From positions 1,184,001-1,248,000 of the forward strand of contig CAVYGB010000002.1 of NCBI GenBank assembly GCA_963767925.1: a stretch of 64,000 nt of DNA, written 5' to 3'. The position numbers and the translations under genes are program-made. The notes beneath the pieces are model-generated. The model was not told the DNA's origin. It did not search any database and saw only the letters and a list, made by a program, of their open reading frames with translations. The stretch comes from an uncultured delta proteobacterium (GTDB lineage: Bacteria; Myxococcota_A; Polyangia; Fen-1088). Below, one piece after another: positions 28,501-40,587 of the stretch. How positions within the stretch are numbered: the stretch's first letter is position 1; each line of letters begins with the position of its first letter.

Positions 28501-30318
28501 CTACTCGAGCGCGATCCGCATGCGTCGGGTGCGCAGGCCCTTGGACTCGCTCAAGCGCCCGAGCACCGCCACACGCTGGGCGTCGATCTTGCGTCGTGGA
28601 GATGACCACCTCGTGGGCACCGGTGTCCCCGGCGACGTCGGTGAGCCGCTCGACCGAGCCAAAGACGCGGATGCCGTGGATGACCCGGCCGTGCTTCTGG
28701 GGATCGTCGTCGATGAAGCCGACCGGGTTGCAGGCCGAGGCCAAAGTTGTTCAGCAGCTCGCGCACCAGCAGCTCGCCGCCGTCGCCCGCCCCGTAGATC
28801 AGCACCCGCCGAGCGTCGGGCGTGCCCTGGATGCGTCCCAGGTACGACCGGAGGAGCCGGAAGCCAACCCGACTTCCAACGATCCCCACCGTGAGGAGGA
28901 TGCCGTCCATCAGCAGGACGCCGCGGGACATGTTCTCCATGCGAAACAGCGAGATAGAGGGTCACCACGGTCGCCACCCAGGCCCCCCCGCCGAACGCAG
29001 CAGGGTGCCCAGATCGGACATCGAGGTGTAGCGCCACAGGCCCCGGTACAGGCCCAGGCCCAGGAAGCTGGTGACCTGCACGACGATCGACCACCGGCAG
29101 CGAGGTCCGGAACTGCGCGTAGAACGGCGCGATGAGCGCCCCTTCGAGCTGCCCGTCGAAGCGAAGGAGGAAGGCGGCGTAGTAGGCCACCACGATGAGC
29201 ACGACGTCGTGCAAGACCTCGAAGATGCGGCGCTTGTAGGCGAGGTCGGCCAGCGTCGGCAGCAGGGCCCGCCCGCTGCCCTCGGCCGGGGTCTGCGACC
29301 CGCTCGTACACGCGGACCCGTCCGAGGATGATCAGGAAGAACAGCAGCAACATGCCGAAGGTCGGGACCAGCAGGATCGACGAGCGGCCAGGCCAGCTCG
29401 CGCACCAGGACCGCCATGCCGCCCGAGGCGGCGGCCAGGCCCCAGAGCACCAGCGCCGCCTTTCGCTCCGACAGGCCGATGGCCACCAGCCGGTGGGAGG
29501 TGTGATCACGTCCGCCTTGCGAGACCGGTCGACCGTTGAGCTTCCGGCTGATGGTGACCAGGGTGGTGTCGACGATCGGGATGAGCAGCAGCAGCACCGG
29601 CACCGCCAGCACGGCGAGCACGTTGCGGCGCAGGCCCGCGTTCTGGTTCGACACCAGGGTGAGGCCCCCCAGGAAGAAGCCCGAGAAACAGCGAGCCGCA
29701 ATCGCCCATGAAGATGGAGGCCGGGTTGACGTTGAAGACCAGGAAGCCGACCACCGCCCCGCAGAACGCCGCCGCCAGGGCCGCCGCCCCGAACTGCCCC
29801 GAGTCGTGACAGAAGTAGACCAGGTAGGCGGAGGCGATGGCGGCCACGCCCGCCGGCCAGGCCGTCGAGGTTGTCGAGCAGGTTCACCGCATTGGCGATG
29901 CCGACCAGCCAGAAGATGGTCAGCACCTGGTCGAGCACGGCCGAGTTCAGCCAGCGCAGGCGCACCCCGAAGACGGTGAAGGCCGCGGAGAAGACGATCT
30001 GCCCGACCAGCTTGGCGTACGGCTTCAGGGTGACGAAGTCGTCGAGCAGACCGACCAGGAACATGCCGGCGCAGCCGGCGAGCAGCAGGTAATCACCGGC
30101 AGAAGTCCTGGCGCGGGCGCAGACAGCGCGACCAGACGCGAAGGCGGCGAAGATCCCCACTCCGCCGAACAGCGCGGTGGGCTTGCTGTGCCAGCGGTCC
30201 GCCCGAGGCTTCGCCACCAGGCCCCGCCGCCGGGCCAGCGCCCGCACGCCAGAACACCAGCGGCATCGACAGAGCGAACGCCGAGGACGAAATTGAGGCC
30301 GTAGTCCCACCACGCCAT
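28501..30318 (-). CDS. WecA/MraY-family polyprenyl-phosphate HexNAc-1-P transferase fused to a CoA-binding-like domain, many frameshifts
   Basis: [38 protein letters not shown], then [21 protein letters not shown] and GFIDDDP. Confidence 0.85.
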
Positions 30319-30343
30319 GCGCCTTCTCCGAGCGAGCACGGTG

Positions 30344-31308
30344 CTAGCGCCGGCGAAACTGTTCGACCACGTCGGTCAGGATCTGGCTGAGCGGAATCGT
30401 GGGCTTCCAGTCGATGGCGCGCCTGAATCTTCGAGAGGTCCGGCACCCGCCGGCGCATGTCCTCGAAGCCGTGTTCGTAGGCTTCTTCGTAGGACAGGTA
30501 CTGGATCTCCGAGCGCGAGCCGCAGACCTCACGGACCTGTTTGGCCAGATCGCCGATGGTGATCTCGGTGGTGTTGCCGACGTTGAACACCTGGCCGTAG
30601 CAGCGTTCGTTGTCGAGCAGGCCGATCAGCGCCCGCACGACGTCGGCGACGTGGGTGAAGCAGCGCGACTGCTTGCCGTCGCCGAAGACCGTGATGGGCG
30701 TGCCCGGCCAGGGCCTGGCGCACGAAGTTCGGGATCACCATGCCGTATTGTCCGGTCTGCCGAGGCCCAACGGTGTTGAACAGACGCACGACCACCGTGG
30801 GGAGCTTGCGTTCCTTCCAGTAGGCAATCGCCAGGAACTCGTCGATGGCCTTGGAGCAGGCGTAGGACCAGCGGCCCTTGTGGGTGGCCCCCAGCACCAG
30901 ATCGCCGTCCTCCCGGAAGGGGAACTGCTCGCTCTTGCCGTAGACCTCGCTGGTCGAGGCCACCAGGATGGGCCGCTTCTTCTTGTGGGCGAGAGTCAAC
31001 ATGACCTCGGTCAGGTGCACGTTGGTCTCGATGGTCCGCACCGGCGATTCGACGATCAGCTTGACGCCGACAGCGGCGGCCAGGTGATAGATGCGATCGC
31101 AGGTGTCGACCAACTCGGCCATCACCGGCACGTTCGCGCAGGTGTCGATGACGTAGTGAAAGCGCGGGTTGCTCTTGAGGTGCCGGATGTTCTCGATGCT
31201 GCCGGTCGACAGATCGTCGGCAATGAAGACCTCGTGACCGCGCTGGATGAGCTCGTCCGCGAGATGCGAGCCGATGAACCCGGCTCCGCCCGTAATGAGG
31301 TAACGCAT
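30344..31308 (-). CDS. NAD-dependent nucleotide-sugar epimerase/dehydratase, frameshifted
   Basis: TGGAGFIGSH, ASTSEVYG, YACSK (YxxxK), RLFNTVGPRQ; the C-terminus continues in two other frames. Confidence 0.9.
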
Positions 31309-31432
31309 GCTCGAGGATCCTAGGTGAGGCCAGCCATTTCTATCACGCTCACCGAAAAATCTCTAGAGCCTTTCGGATGTTCGCCGATGCGGCTCTTGCT
31401 GGCATCTCCGCTCGAATGTTGGCTCGTTCGCT

Positions 31433-33527
31433 TCATAGCGGTGAGCTTCGCGGGGATCTCGCCTGGCGTTCGCGCTCAGGCTTGTCGCCCGCGGTGGTGT
31501 GGTGCGGTGCACTGGCGGGCCGTGATGTGGCCGGGCAGCCGCTCAGGACACGACCGCCGGATGGACGGTCGGCCTGGGCTGTGACACGGGCCCCACGATC
31601 GGTCGCGCCTGCCCCGAAGGCAGGGTGCGCTTCCCGCCAGGGCTTGCTCAGACCCGGCAGATTGCGTAGCCAGAGCTCCACCGTCGCCAGCAGCCAGAGC
31701 TGATGCTCGTGGTCCGCCCCGCGCCTCGACGTGCTCGGCGAACACCCGCTCCACGGTCGCCGGCCTGAAGGTAGTCGCGGATGCGGGCCTCGGGCGCGAG
31801 CAAGAGGTCCCGCAGGTAGCCGCGGAGCTCCTTGCGGAACCAGGTACCCAGGGGAAGCCCGAAGCCCATCTTTCCCCGGCTCTGGATGGCCGGCGGCAGC
31901 AGGTCGGCAAACGCCTTGCGCAGGATGTACTTCGTGGTCCGCCCCCGCAGCTTGTAAGAGTCGGGGAGCCCGGCGACGTATTCGATGAGCGCGGTGTCCA
32001 GGAACGGTGACCTGGTCTCGAGCGCGTGGGCCATGCTCGTCCGGTCGACCTTCACCAGCAGGTCCTGGGGCAGATAGGTGTGGAAGTTGTGATGCGAGCG
32101 CCAGCGCCAACGCGGAGCGTCCCATCGCCCGCGGCGAAGAACTGTCGCTGGTACTGCAGGACGGACGCGGCAGCGACGCCCAGCTCCGGCCGCAGGATCT
32201 CGTCCAGCGTCGAAGGCGAAGTAGGAGTTCCAGCGGACCAGGCGGTCGCCCAGCGGCCGCTCGACCGCCGTCAGCAGCCGGCGGGCGCGGCTGGCGAGAC
32301 GTCCGGGAGCCCGTGCCTCGCCGGAATCAGGCGGGCCGCGCGGGCCCCCAGCCGCCGCAGCGGCGCGGGGAACCCGCTCGGTGACGGTGGCGGCCCAGAA
32401 ACGCAGGTACCCGGCGAACAGCTCGTCGCCGCCGTCGCCGTTGAGGGCCACCGTGACCTTCTCGCGGGTCAGCTGCGAGACCATGTAGGTCGGAATGGCC
32501 GACGAGTCCCCGAAGGGGCCGTCGTGCTGCCAGACCAGCTTCTCCACGAGGCTGAAAGTCGGCAGGGCGTGACCCGAAACTCGGTGTGGTCGGTGCCAAA
32601 TCGCTCCGCGGCCGTGCGGGCAAAGGCGGTCTCGTCGTAGCGGGCGTCTCCGGAGAAGCCGATGCGAGAAGGTGCGCACCCGCGGCCCGAGCTGGGCCAT
32701 CAGCCCGACCACGATGGTCGAATCGAGCCCGCCCGACAGGAACGCCCCGACCGGAACGTCCGCGACCAGGCGCTTGCGAACGGCCGTCGGTGAGCAGCTC
32801 CGGACCGCGCCTGATCGCCTCCTCTTCGCTCGGGGGCGTCGCCGGGCGGCTGGAAGTCGACCGACCAGTAGCGGCTGACCTGGGGCGTCGCCCCCGGCGG
32901 CGAGGCACCAGCCGATGCGCCGGGCGGAAGCTGCTGCGACGTCGCTGGTAGAGCGTCCCCGGCGGGGGCACGTAGCCGTAGGCCATCATTCCGGCCAGAC
33001 CGGTCGTGTCGACCTCGAGCGGCAGCCCGGCGGCAAACAGCGCCTTGATCTCGGAGGCAAACTGGAACCGTCCCTCCGAGCTCGCGTAGTAACAGCGGCT
33101 TCTTTCCCGATGCGGTCGCGGGCCAGCAGGAGCCGACGCGTCCGGGATGTCCCACAGCCCGAACGCGAACATCCCGTCGAGGCGGGTGGACAGCTCGTCG
33201 CCCCAGTCCTCGTAGCCGTGGACCAGGACCTCGGTGTCCGAGCGGAGCGGAAGCGGTGGCCCTGCCTCTCGAGCTCGCGCCGCAGCTCGCGGAAGTTGTA
33301 GATCTCGCCCGTTGAAGGTGACCCAGACCGTGCCGTCCTCGTTGCACATCGGCTGGGCCGCCGCCGGCGACAGGTCGATGACCCGCAACCGGGTATGGAC
33401 CAGGGTGGCACCCAGCCAGCTCCCGGGCCCCCTGACCATCGGGACCGCGGTGCAGGAGCGTGCCTTTCACCCGCGCAACCGCCTGCGCTCCGATCGGCTC
33501 TCCAACGCTTCCGAATATCCCGCACAT
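31433..33527 (-). CDS. asnB: Asparagine synthase-like amidotransferase (copy 1), many frameshifts
   Basis: MCGIFG, HRGPD, QPMCNEDG, DGMFAF, LSGGLDS, GDGGDELFAGY, KVDRTSMAHALETRSPFLD, KMGFG. The 3' end is approximate. Confidence 0.88.
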
Positions 33528-33859
33528 GTGGCAAGGCCTCCGCACACTGGCGGTGGGGCAAAGTCAGGGTGCTCAGTCCCGGTCAGCGCGCGTAGGTAAG
33601 TTCATCCAGACGGTCAAAACCGCAGCCGCAAGAGGCGCGCGCGGAGGGACGTGCCCATGGCACCAGCAGGCCCATCGCCACGCTTTGCGACCAGGGCGAG
33701 GAGCCGGTACGATGAGCTCGCACAGCGTGTCTGACCTGCCACAACGTCCCGGACCTGAGGCGCACCGGCTCGCAGGGACGTGCGAGCCGCGCACCGCTGC
33801 CCTCGACCGCGCCTTCGTCGGCGGCGACGGCCTCGGCCCCTGACGGCCGGATCACCGTC

Positions 33860-35041
33860 ATGCGCATCATCGATCGTCTGAACATCGGTGGCCCCGCCAT
33901 CCACGCCGTGGTGACCAGCAAGGGCCTGGATCGCACCCGCTTCCGCACGGTCCTGGTGATCGGTTCGATCGAGGCGAGCGAGGGTGACATGGCCTACCTC
34001 CTGGAGGAGGCGGGTGTCGAGGAGGTGGTTCGCATCCCCAGCCTGGGCCGGGAGATGCGGGTGCTGCGCGACCTCTCGACCCTCTGGCAGGTCGTGCGAC
34101 TCATGCTCCGGGAGCGCCCCCAGGTGGTGCACACCCACAAGGCCAAGGCCGGCGCCATCGGCCGGGCCGCGGCCCTGCTCTGCCGGGTCCCGGTGCGGGT
34201 GCACACCTTTCACGGCCACGTGCTGCGCGGCTACTTTGGCCCGGCCAAGACCCGCGTCTACCAGACGCTGGAGAAGCTCCTGGCCAGGCCATCGAGCCGC
34301 CTGGTGGTTCCCTCCCGCCGCCTCGCCGACGAGCTGGCGGGCGAGTTCCAGGTCGCCGACCGGGCGCACTTCGAGGTCATCCCCCTGGGCTTCGACCTCG
34401 AGCCCTTCGCCCGCGCCGATGGGCACCGGGGTCAGCTGCGCCGCGAGCTCGGCGGTCGGCCGCCGACGTGCCTCTGGTGGGAATCGTGGGCCGCATGGTG
34501 CCGGTCAAGGACCACCGCACCTTCGTCGCGGCCGCGGCCCTGCTGGCCGCGCGCCGCCCCGACGCCCAGCTCGTGTTCGTGGGGGCCGGCGAGCTCGAGG
34601 CGGAGGTGCGCGCCGACGTCGATCGCCGGGGCCTGACCGCGCGCGCGCACTTCCTGGGCTGGCGCCGCGACCTCGCCCGCATCTACGCCGACCTCGACGT
34701 GGTGGCGCTCTCTTCGCTGAACGAGGGGACACCGGTGTCGCTCATCGAGGCCATGGCCGCCGGTACGCCGGTGGTCTCCACCGCCGTGGGCGGCGTGCCG
34801 GACGTGCTCCGAGGTGGCGCGCGCGGCGGCCTGGTCCCCGTCGGCGACCCCGTCGCCCTGGCCGCCGCGCATCGAGCAGGCCCTGCTGCCCGAGGCCCGG
34901 GCCCGCGCCGTCGCCTTCCGCGCGCAGATCAGCGAGGAATACGGGGCCGCGCGGCTGTGCCGCCAGCTCGAGAACCTCTACGACGGCCTCCTGGTCGCTT
35001 CGGGACGGCTGGCCGGCCCGGTTCGCGCCCGGACCGGATGA
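33860..35041 (+). CDS. GT4 glycosyltransferase, frameshifted
   Basis: RLNIGGPA, HTHKAKAG, HTFHGH, GRMVPVKD, NEGTPVSLIEAM. The true start may lie further upstream. Confidence 0.88.
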
Positions 35042-35108
35042 GGAGCCAGCTCGAGCGAAGCGCCAGCGCGCGAGCCGGCTGGGGGCCCGGGCAACGGTGC
35101 GGGACCGC

Positions 35109-37155
35109 TCATCGGTTGCGGGCGATCGTCTCCTGGAGCGCTTCGTTCGAGAGCGAGTGGACACCGAGGCGACGACCCAGCTGACCCACCAGGTCGGCCC
35201 GAACGTGGCTGCGATCGTCGGTCTCGAAGGGATCGGTAGGCAGATGGAAGAGCTCGCTGTAGGCGAGGTGGACGTGATGGATGAGTTTCCAGCCGTCGCG
35301 GACGATGGCCACCTGGGGATCGCTCGGGGGCCGCGTGTAGAGAATCACCTCATCCGAGGGCTTGAAGGGCGGCCCGCCCAGAAGGGAAGCGACAAAGGGA
35401 CGCATCTCGTGGGGCGAGCCAGGTAGCACCTCGGAGGTCAGAGTTCGCGCCCAGGCGCCTGGCGACCAGGCGATCAGCGGCACCCGGACGGCTGCTTCCC
35501 GCAGCGACGTTCCATGGCGCTCGTGACCGGCCTCGTCGAGCTCCTCACCATGGTCTGCCATGACCAGCAGCAAAACGTCGGCCGCCCGGGACAGAGCCTT
35601 CAAACCGGCGGCGAGGCGGGCGACCTCGGCATCGGCACGACGGACCTCCGCGGCGTAAGCTCGCATGTGGTCGAAGACGAACATCGCCCCGGGGTGAGAG
35701 ACGTAAGGAGCGTGGGGATCGTAGTAGTGGACCCACAAGAAGGCGCGCTCGGGCCGCTGGTCGGCGCCGCGCAGCCAATCGAGCGCCCGATCGGTCACCT
35801 CGTCCGCCGTGGCGGCATTGGGGAGCTCGGAACGCGGCGCGAGGCTTTCGTCCACGGTGGCGAACGAGGACCGGATGCGCTCATTCTGTAGCAGGTGGTG
35901 GTGGGTGGTGATGGCGTGCGTGCGATAGCCGGCTCTCCCGACCAGCTCGCCCAGCGAGGTCCTGGGCGCCTCCTCGCCGCCAAGGTGCAAGGCGGCCATC
36001 GCGAGCGAGGTGATGGGAGGCGTCCGCACGTCCAGGCGGGCAGCGCCTTCGGACGCCAGACGCGTGAGGTTGGGGCAGATGTCGCGGAGCTCGGGACGGT
36101 CATGACGGCCGAGGCCGCAGCGGAAGGCATCGATGGTGACGAGGACGACGACCGGCGGGCCCTTTCCCACGACCGCGCTCGGAACCAGCGCCGGCGGTTG
36201 CGCCGGGGCGAGCGGCACCCAGCCAAGGCAATCGCGTCCTTTCCGCGACAGGGGGCGAGCCCCCGGGTCGGCGTCGTCGCAATCGCCCCCCGCCAGGCTC
36301 GCGCTGAACCCATCGCGGTCGCGATCGGTGGCCCGCCGGCCGGCCTCGACGAGCTGCCAGCTCAGCCCCCGGCGCGTCCGGGCGGCGGACACGGCGCTCG
36401 GCTCGACCTGGTTGCGCAACCAGCCTGGCAGCAACAGAAGGACGCCGACCACCAGCGCCCCGAGGGACAGCAGCCCCACCCGGCGGGTGGCCCGCAACAG
36501 GATGGTGACGCCAGCGGCGAAGCAGAACACGCCGCTGAACAGCGCCGCCCGTTCCAGGGCGGGATACCCCGGCGGCACGCCCCAGGCGGCCGTGGCGAAG
36601 GCGAGGAATCCGAGGCCGCAGAAGGCCGCCGCCGGCGCAAGGGACGGGTGCCGCTCGAGCCGGTCCCGGACCGAGGGGCGCCGGACAAGGCGATGGATGA
36701 GCAACGCCGACAGGAGAGCGACGGTCATCCCCAGGCCATAAGCCATTGCCGTCTTGGCTCCGAAGGGCGTGTCGGTGAGGAAGCGATTGGCCCCGTATTC
36801 GGCCGCGATCAGGACGGTCAGGGCGGTCACGCTACCCGGCCAGACCGAGACCGGCAGGATCCGGGCCCCGGTCGCAACGATCCAGCGGGTTCCCGGAAGC
36901 GATCCGATCAGCTCGAGCAGGGCGCTCAGCCCCAGGTGCAGGGGCAGGATCAGACCCAGCGTCAAGGCCACCGATCCGAGCGGCCCCGTCGCCGCGGCCG
37001 CGAGCACCGACAGCTCCGCCCCCAGCACACCGCCGAGCGCGATCCGACTCAGCGCCAGCAGGGAGAGGCTGGCCAGCGCAGCCGCCCCGGTCGTGCGCCG
37101 CCGCCGGAGCGACTGCTCGGCGGCCTCTGCCAGTGTGGAGCTCCGAGAGGGCATC
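35109..37155 (-). CDS. Membrane-anchored sulfatase/alkaline-phosphatase-fold protein
   Basis: About 7 TM helices, DRDRDGF/GGDCDDADP loop, VTIDAFR, HYYDPHAPY, ADHGEE, VPLI. Start uncertain (37155-37238). Confidence 0.8.
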
Positions 37156-37489
37156 TGGTGGTCACTCCATGGCCGTGTCGCCGCGGCTATCATACGGCAA
37201 GGGCCCCACCGCCTGAAACAGGAAAGCGTTCGGCCCACTGCTGATCTGGCCGTTGAGCTAGCCGTTCATCTACTACCGGAGGTCGAGGGCGGGGAGGGTC
37301 GAGAGCGCCGATTGCTAAGCCACCTCCATCTGCGGATCGACGAACGCCAGCCGTTCAGCGCCCCTCGAGTCGGCCCGCGGGCCGAGTACGGAGACGGGAC
37401 GCCCGGCGTGAATGCTCGCCGAGAGCGCCCGAGCCTGACGTCTCGGGGTTGACGCTGACGACGCGAGCCTCTTATCTTGGTACGATCTC

Positions 37490-38536
37490 GTGGGCGTTCG
37501 GATTCTGGCGCGGCTGCTCCCTCTCTTGATCGGTGGAGGGTTTGCGCTGCTGGCCGGCGAAGGGGTCATGCGGCTGGTCAGCTACGCCCCCCGCACGTTC
37601 GACCCGCAGTTCGGGTGGGTGATCAAGGAAGGGATCACCACCCGCTGGGCGCTGGAGGGAAACGCCACCGGTCACTTCGGGCCGCACGGCATTCGCGGAC
37701 GGCGGGTGCCAGCGCGGGACACACGGCCGGTGCTCGTCACGGGGGACTCATTCACAGAGGCCCTGCACGTCGACGACGAGGAGACGTTCGTGGCGGTTGC
37801 CGAGCGGGCCCTCCAGGCAGGCGGACAACCGCTGGGCCTCGTCAACGTCGCCCAGGCCGGCCAGCGCCTTCCCCGTTACGTGGAGCAAGCGCCCGTGCAA
37901 GAGAGGATCTTCTCTCCGCGCTGGACGGTCGTCGTCCTCGGGGAGGACGATCTCGCGGATGACAGCTGGGTTCAGAACGCGACGCACTTCAGGGGAGGTC
38001 GAGAGGGACAGCCGCTCCGACTTGTCACCATGCCGCTGTCGGGGGCCGGGGGCCGACTGAGGGGGCGGGTACGTCGCTGGCGGGCCCAATCTGCCTTGCT
38101 TCAGCGGCTCGAGCGACAGCTCCGAAGCATGGTCGATGAGGCGGCGAATACCCCATTCTTCCGTCAGCCCGAAGGCCCCCCCGGCGAGCGCTCGTTCCGG
38201 CAGGCGGTCGCATTCCCGGTGCGGGCCGAGCTGGAGCTGCTGGCAGCTGCGTACCAGAACCGGGTCACGGTGTTGTTCCTGGTGCCGTTCGATGGGAGCA
38301 CCAGTCCCCCGCCGACCCCGTACGAGCGCGAGGTCCTCGCCGCGTGTGCGGCCAGGCAGCTGAGCTGCCTGAGCGTGAGGGAGGCCTGGGCCGAGCTGGC
38401 AGGCCGGGGGGGCACACCCTACGGATTCCCGAATACCTGCTGGAACTGCGGGCACCTGAACGAGGAGGGGCACCGCCTGGTGGGCGAGCTGCTGGCTCGG
38501 GAGCTGCTCCGCCTGAGGGCCCGTGGTCTTCTCTAG
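37490..38536 (+). CDS. SGNH-family O-acetyltransferase/esterase (AlgJ/AlgX-like)
   Basis: N-terminal TM, GDSF, GHLNEEGH; overlaps the MBOAT start. Confidence 0.78.
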   Translation: MGVRILARLLPLLIGGGFALLAGEGVMRLVSYAPRTFDPQFGWVIKEGITTRWALEGNATGHFGPHGIRGRRVPARDTRPVLVTGDSFTEALHVDDEETFVAVAERALQAGGQPLGLVNVAQAGQRLPRYVEQAPVQERIFSPRWTVVVLGEDDLADDSWVQNATHFRGGREGQPLRLVTMPLSGAGGRLRGRVRRWRAQSALLQRLERQLRSMVDEAANTPFFRQPEGPPGERSFRQAVAFPVRAELELLAAAYQNRVTVLFLVPFDGSTSPPPTPYEREVLAACAARQLSCLSVREAWAELAGRGGTPYGFPNTCWNCGHLNEEGHRLVGELLARELLRLRARGLL

Positions 38537-40004
38537 CCCGTGGTTCTTTCTGTTCGTCATCGCCCTGCTGGCGGTGCTGGCCCTCCCGCTCGGCCTGGCC
38601 ACCAAGAAGCGCCTGCTGGCCCTGGCCTCCTGCTTCTTTTACGCCGTCTGGGACGTCCGCTACGTGGCGCTGCTCCTCGCCATCAGCGTGGTCGATTACA
38701 TCTGCGCCGCGCGCATCAGCGCCGCCCCCACCGGGGACCCGGCTCGTCGCCGCTGGCTGATCGCGAGCATGGTCAGCAATCTGCTGGTGCTCGCCTACTT
38801 CAAATACACCAACTTCTTCATCGACAACGTCAACGGGGTCCTGCGCGCGTCGGGTCTGGAGCCCTGGCCGTACCTCAACATCCTCCTGCCCGCAGGGGTC
38901 AGCTTCTACACCTTCAAGACGATGAGCTACGTCATCGACGTGTGGCGGCGAGAGATCCAGCCCTGCCGCTCGTGGCTCGACTACGCCACCTTCATCACGT
39001 TCTTTCCCGAGCTGATCGCCGGGCCGATCGTCCGGGCCTCGGTCTTCCTCCCTCAGATGGAGCGGCCCATCGGGCCCACCCGCCGGCAGCTCCGGGAGGC
39101 GGCGAGTCTGTTCCTCGTCGGGCTCACCAAGAAGCTGATGGCGGATCGCCTCGGCAGCATGGTCAGCCCGGTGTTTGCCAGTCCCGGGCTCTTCGAGAGC
39201 AGCACCTTATGGGCGGCTGCCCTCGGCTACTCATTGCAGATCTACTGCGACTTTTCGGGGTACTCCGACATGGCGATCGGGACCGCCAAGGCCATCGGAT
39301 ACGACCTGCCGGAAAATTTCCGGATGCCCTATTTGAGCCCCAACGTGAGCCAGTTCTGGCGACGATGGCACATGACCCTGAGCTCGTGGCTGCGCGACTA
39401 CCTCTACATCCCGCTGGGGGGCAACCGCCAGGGCTCGGCCTATCGGAACTTGCTCCTGACGATGATGCTCGGCGGTCTCTGGCATGGGGCCAGCTGGAAC
39501 TTCGTACTCTGGGGGACCTTGCACGGTCTGGCCCTCGGCGTTCATCGTCTCTACAAGCACCTGACCGGCGAACGTCAGCTGCTGCCGGAACCCCTGGCGG
39601 TAGCGGGGACATTCCTGTTCGTCACTCTGTGCTGGATCCCGTTTCGCTGTCAGACCTTCGGCGCCACCCGGGCCATGTTGCAGGGCCTCTTCGGAATGGG
39701 TTCCGGGACGGTCAGCTGGGTGTCGATCGATCTGGCCGTCATGACTACCGTGGTCGTGTTCGGTCATCTGATGGGCCTGGCGGTCGAACGCCAGCTGCAC
39801 CGCCCCGCGCAGGCCCCTCCCGGCCCCGTAGCGCGGCTGCTGGGCTGGTTCTCGGCGGAAATCCGGGAAAATCCCGTCTCGGGGCCTCAGATCGTCCTCG
39901 GCTTCCGCTCGGCGGCCGGCGCCAGTCTGGTGCTCACCTGGATCTTGCTGGCGTTCCTCCTGTCCGCCAAGGCGTCCAACCCCTTCATCTATTTTCAGTT
40001 CTAG
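38523..40004 (+). CDS. MBOAT O-acyltransferase (AlgI/DltB family)
   Basis: LPAGVSFYTF, FFPELIAGPI, DFSGYSDMAIG, FWRRWH, GLWHGA, FIYFQF. Confidence 0.96.
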   Translation: MVFSSPWFFLFVIALLAVLALPLGLATKKRLLALASCFFYAVWDVRYVALLLAISVVDYICAARISAAPTGDPARRRWLIASMVSNLLVLAYFKYTNFFIDNVNGVLRASGLEPWPYLNILLPAGVSFYTFKTMSYVIDVWRREIQPCRSWLDYATFITFFPELIAGPIVRASVFLPQMERPIGPTRRQLREAASLFLVGLTKKLMADRLGSMVSPVFASPGLFESSTLWAAALGYSLQIYCDFSGYSDMAIGTAKAIGYDLPENFRMPYLSPNVSQFWRRWHMTLSSWLRDYLYIPLGGNRQGSAYRNLLLTMMLGGLWHGASWNFVLWGTLHGLALGVHRLYKHLTGERQLLPEPLAVAGTFLFVTLCWIPFRCQTFGATRAMLQGLFGMGSGTVSWVSIDLAVMTTVVVFGHLMGLAVERQLHRPAQAPPGPVARLLGWFSAEIRENPVSGPQIVLGFRSAAGASLVLTWILLAFLLSAKASNPFIYFQF

Positions 40005-40587
40005 CTAACCCGGGCCGCTGCCTGCCTCGAGATCCGATCGAATGCTCCCGAGGCTCGGGCGCGCCCGCGCTGTCGATGCAGTCTCGCTGCCCCCGCCCGG
40101 GGACACAGCCGTGCTGTCGGGGCCGGCGTGTCGGGTGCCCTGCTGATGCTTGGGCGGCGGTTCTCGTCCCACGCTGCTGAACGACGAGTCAGCTCGCTGA
40201 CGAACCGAGCATCGTACCTCGAGAAGGGGCGGCGGGGACTCGAGGCCCTCGAACTGGCGACGATTGCAAAAGATGGTGAACCTGGGTAACCTCTTCCGGA
40301 GTTTTCCGTGAACAGGCTCGACGTATCGGTCTCAGGCGAGACGATCACCAGAGAGTCGACTGCGGCTGTCCGTGCCGGCGCGAGCGTTAGCCCGGGGAAG
40401 CGAGCCTTGGCGGGCGAGCGCGACACCCCGTTTCGGTCGCCGGGGTTTCGCAGAAGGCAGGGTCTTCGTTGAAAGGGGCGCTTTTCGCGATCGTTGCCGA
40501 ATGGAAACCGACGCCCGTTATCATCATCGTTACCGTTATCGGGATTGAACGACCCGGATCCTGACTGCCCGACGGAACTAGCTTCAA

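Noticed and set aside
40001..40587. 141-aa ORF, ncRNA or sigma-54 site in the long spacer
   Set aside because: No recognisable motifs; TGGCGACGATTGC has GG-N8-GC, the wrong spacing.
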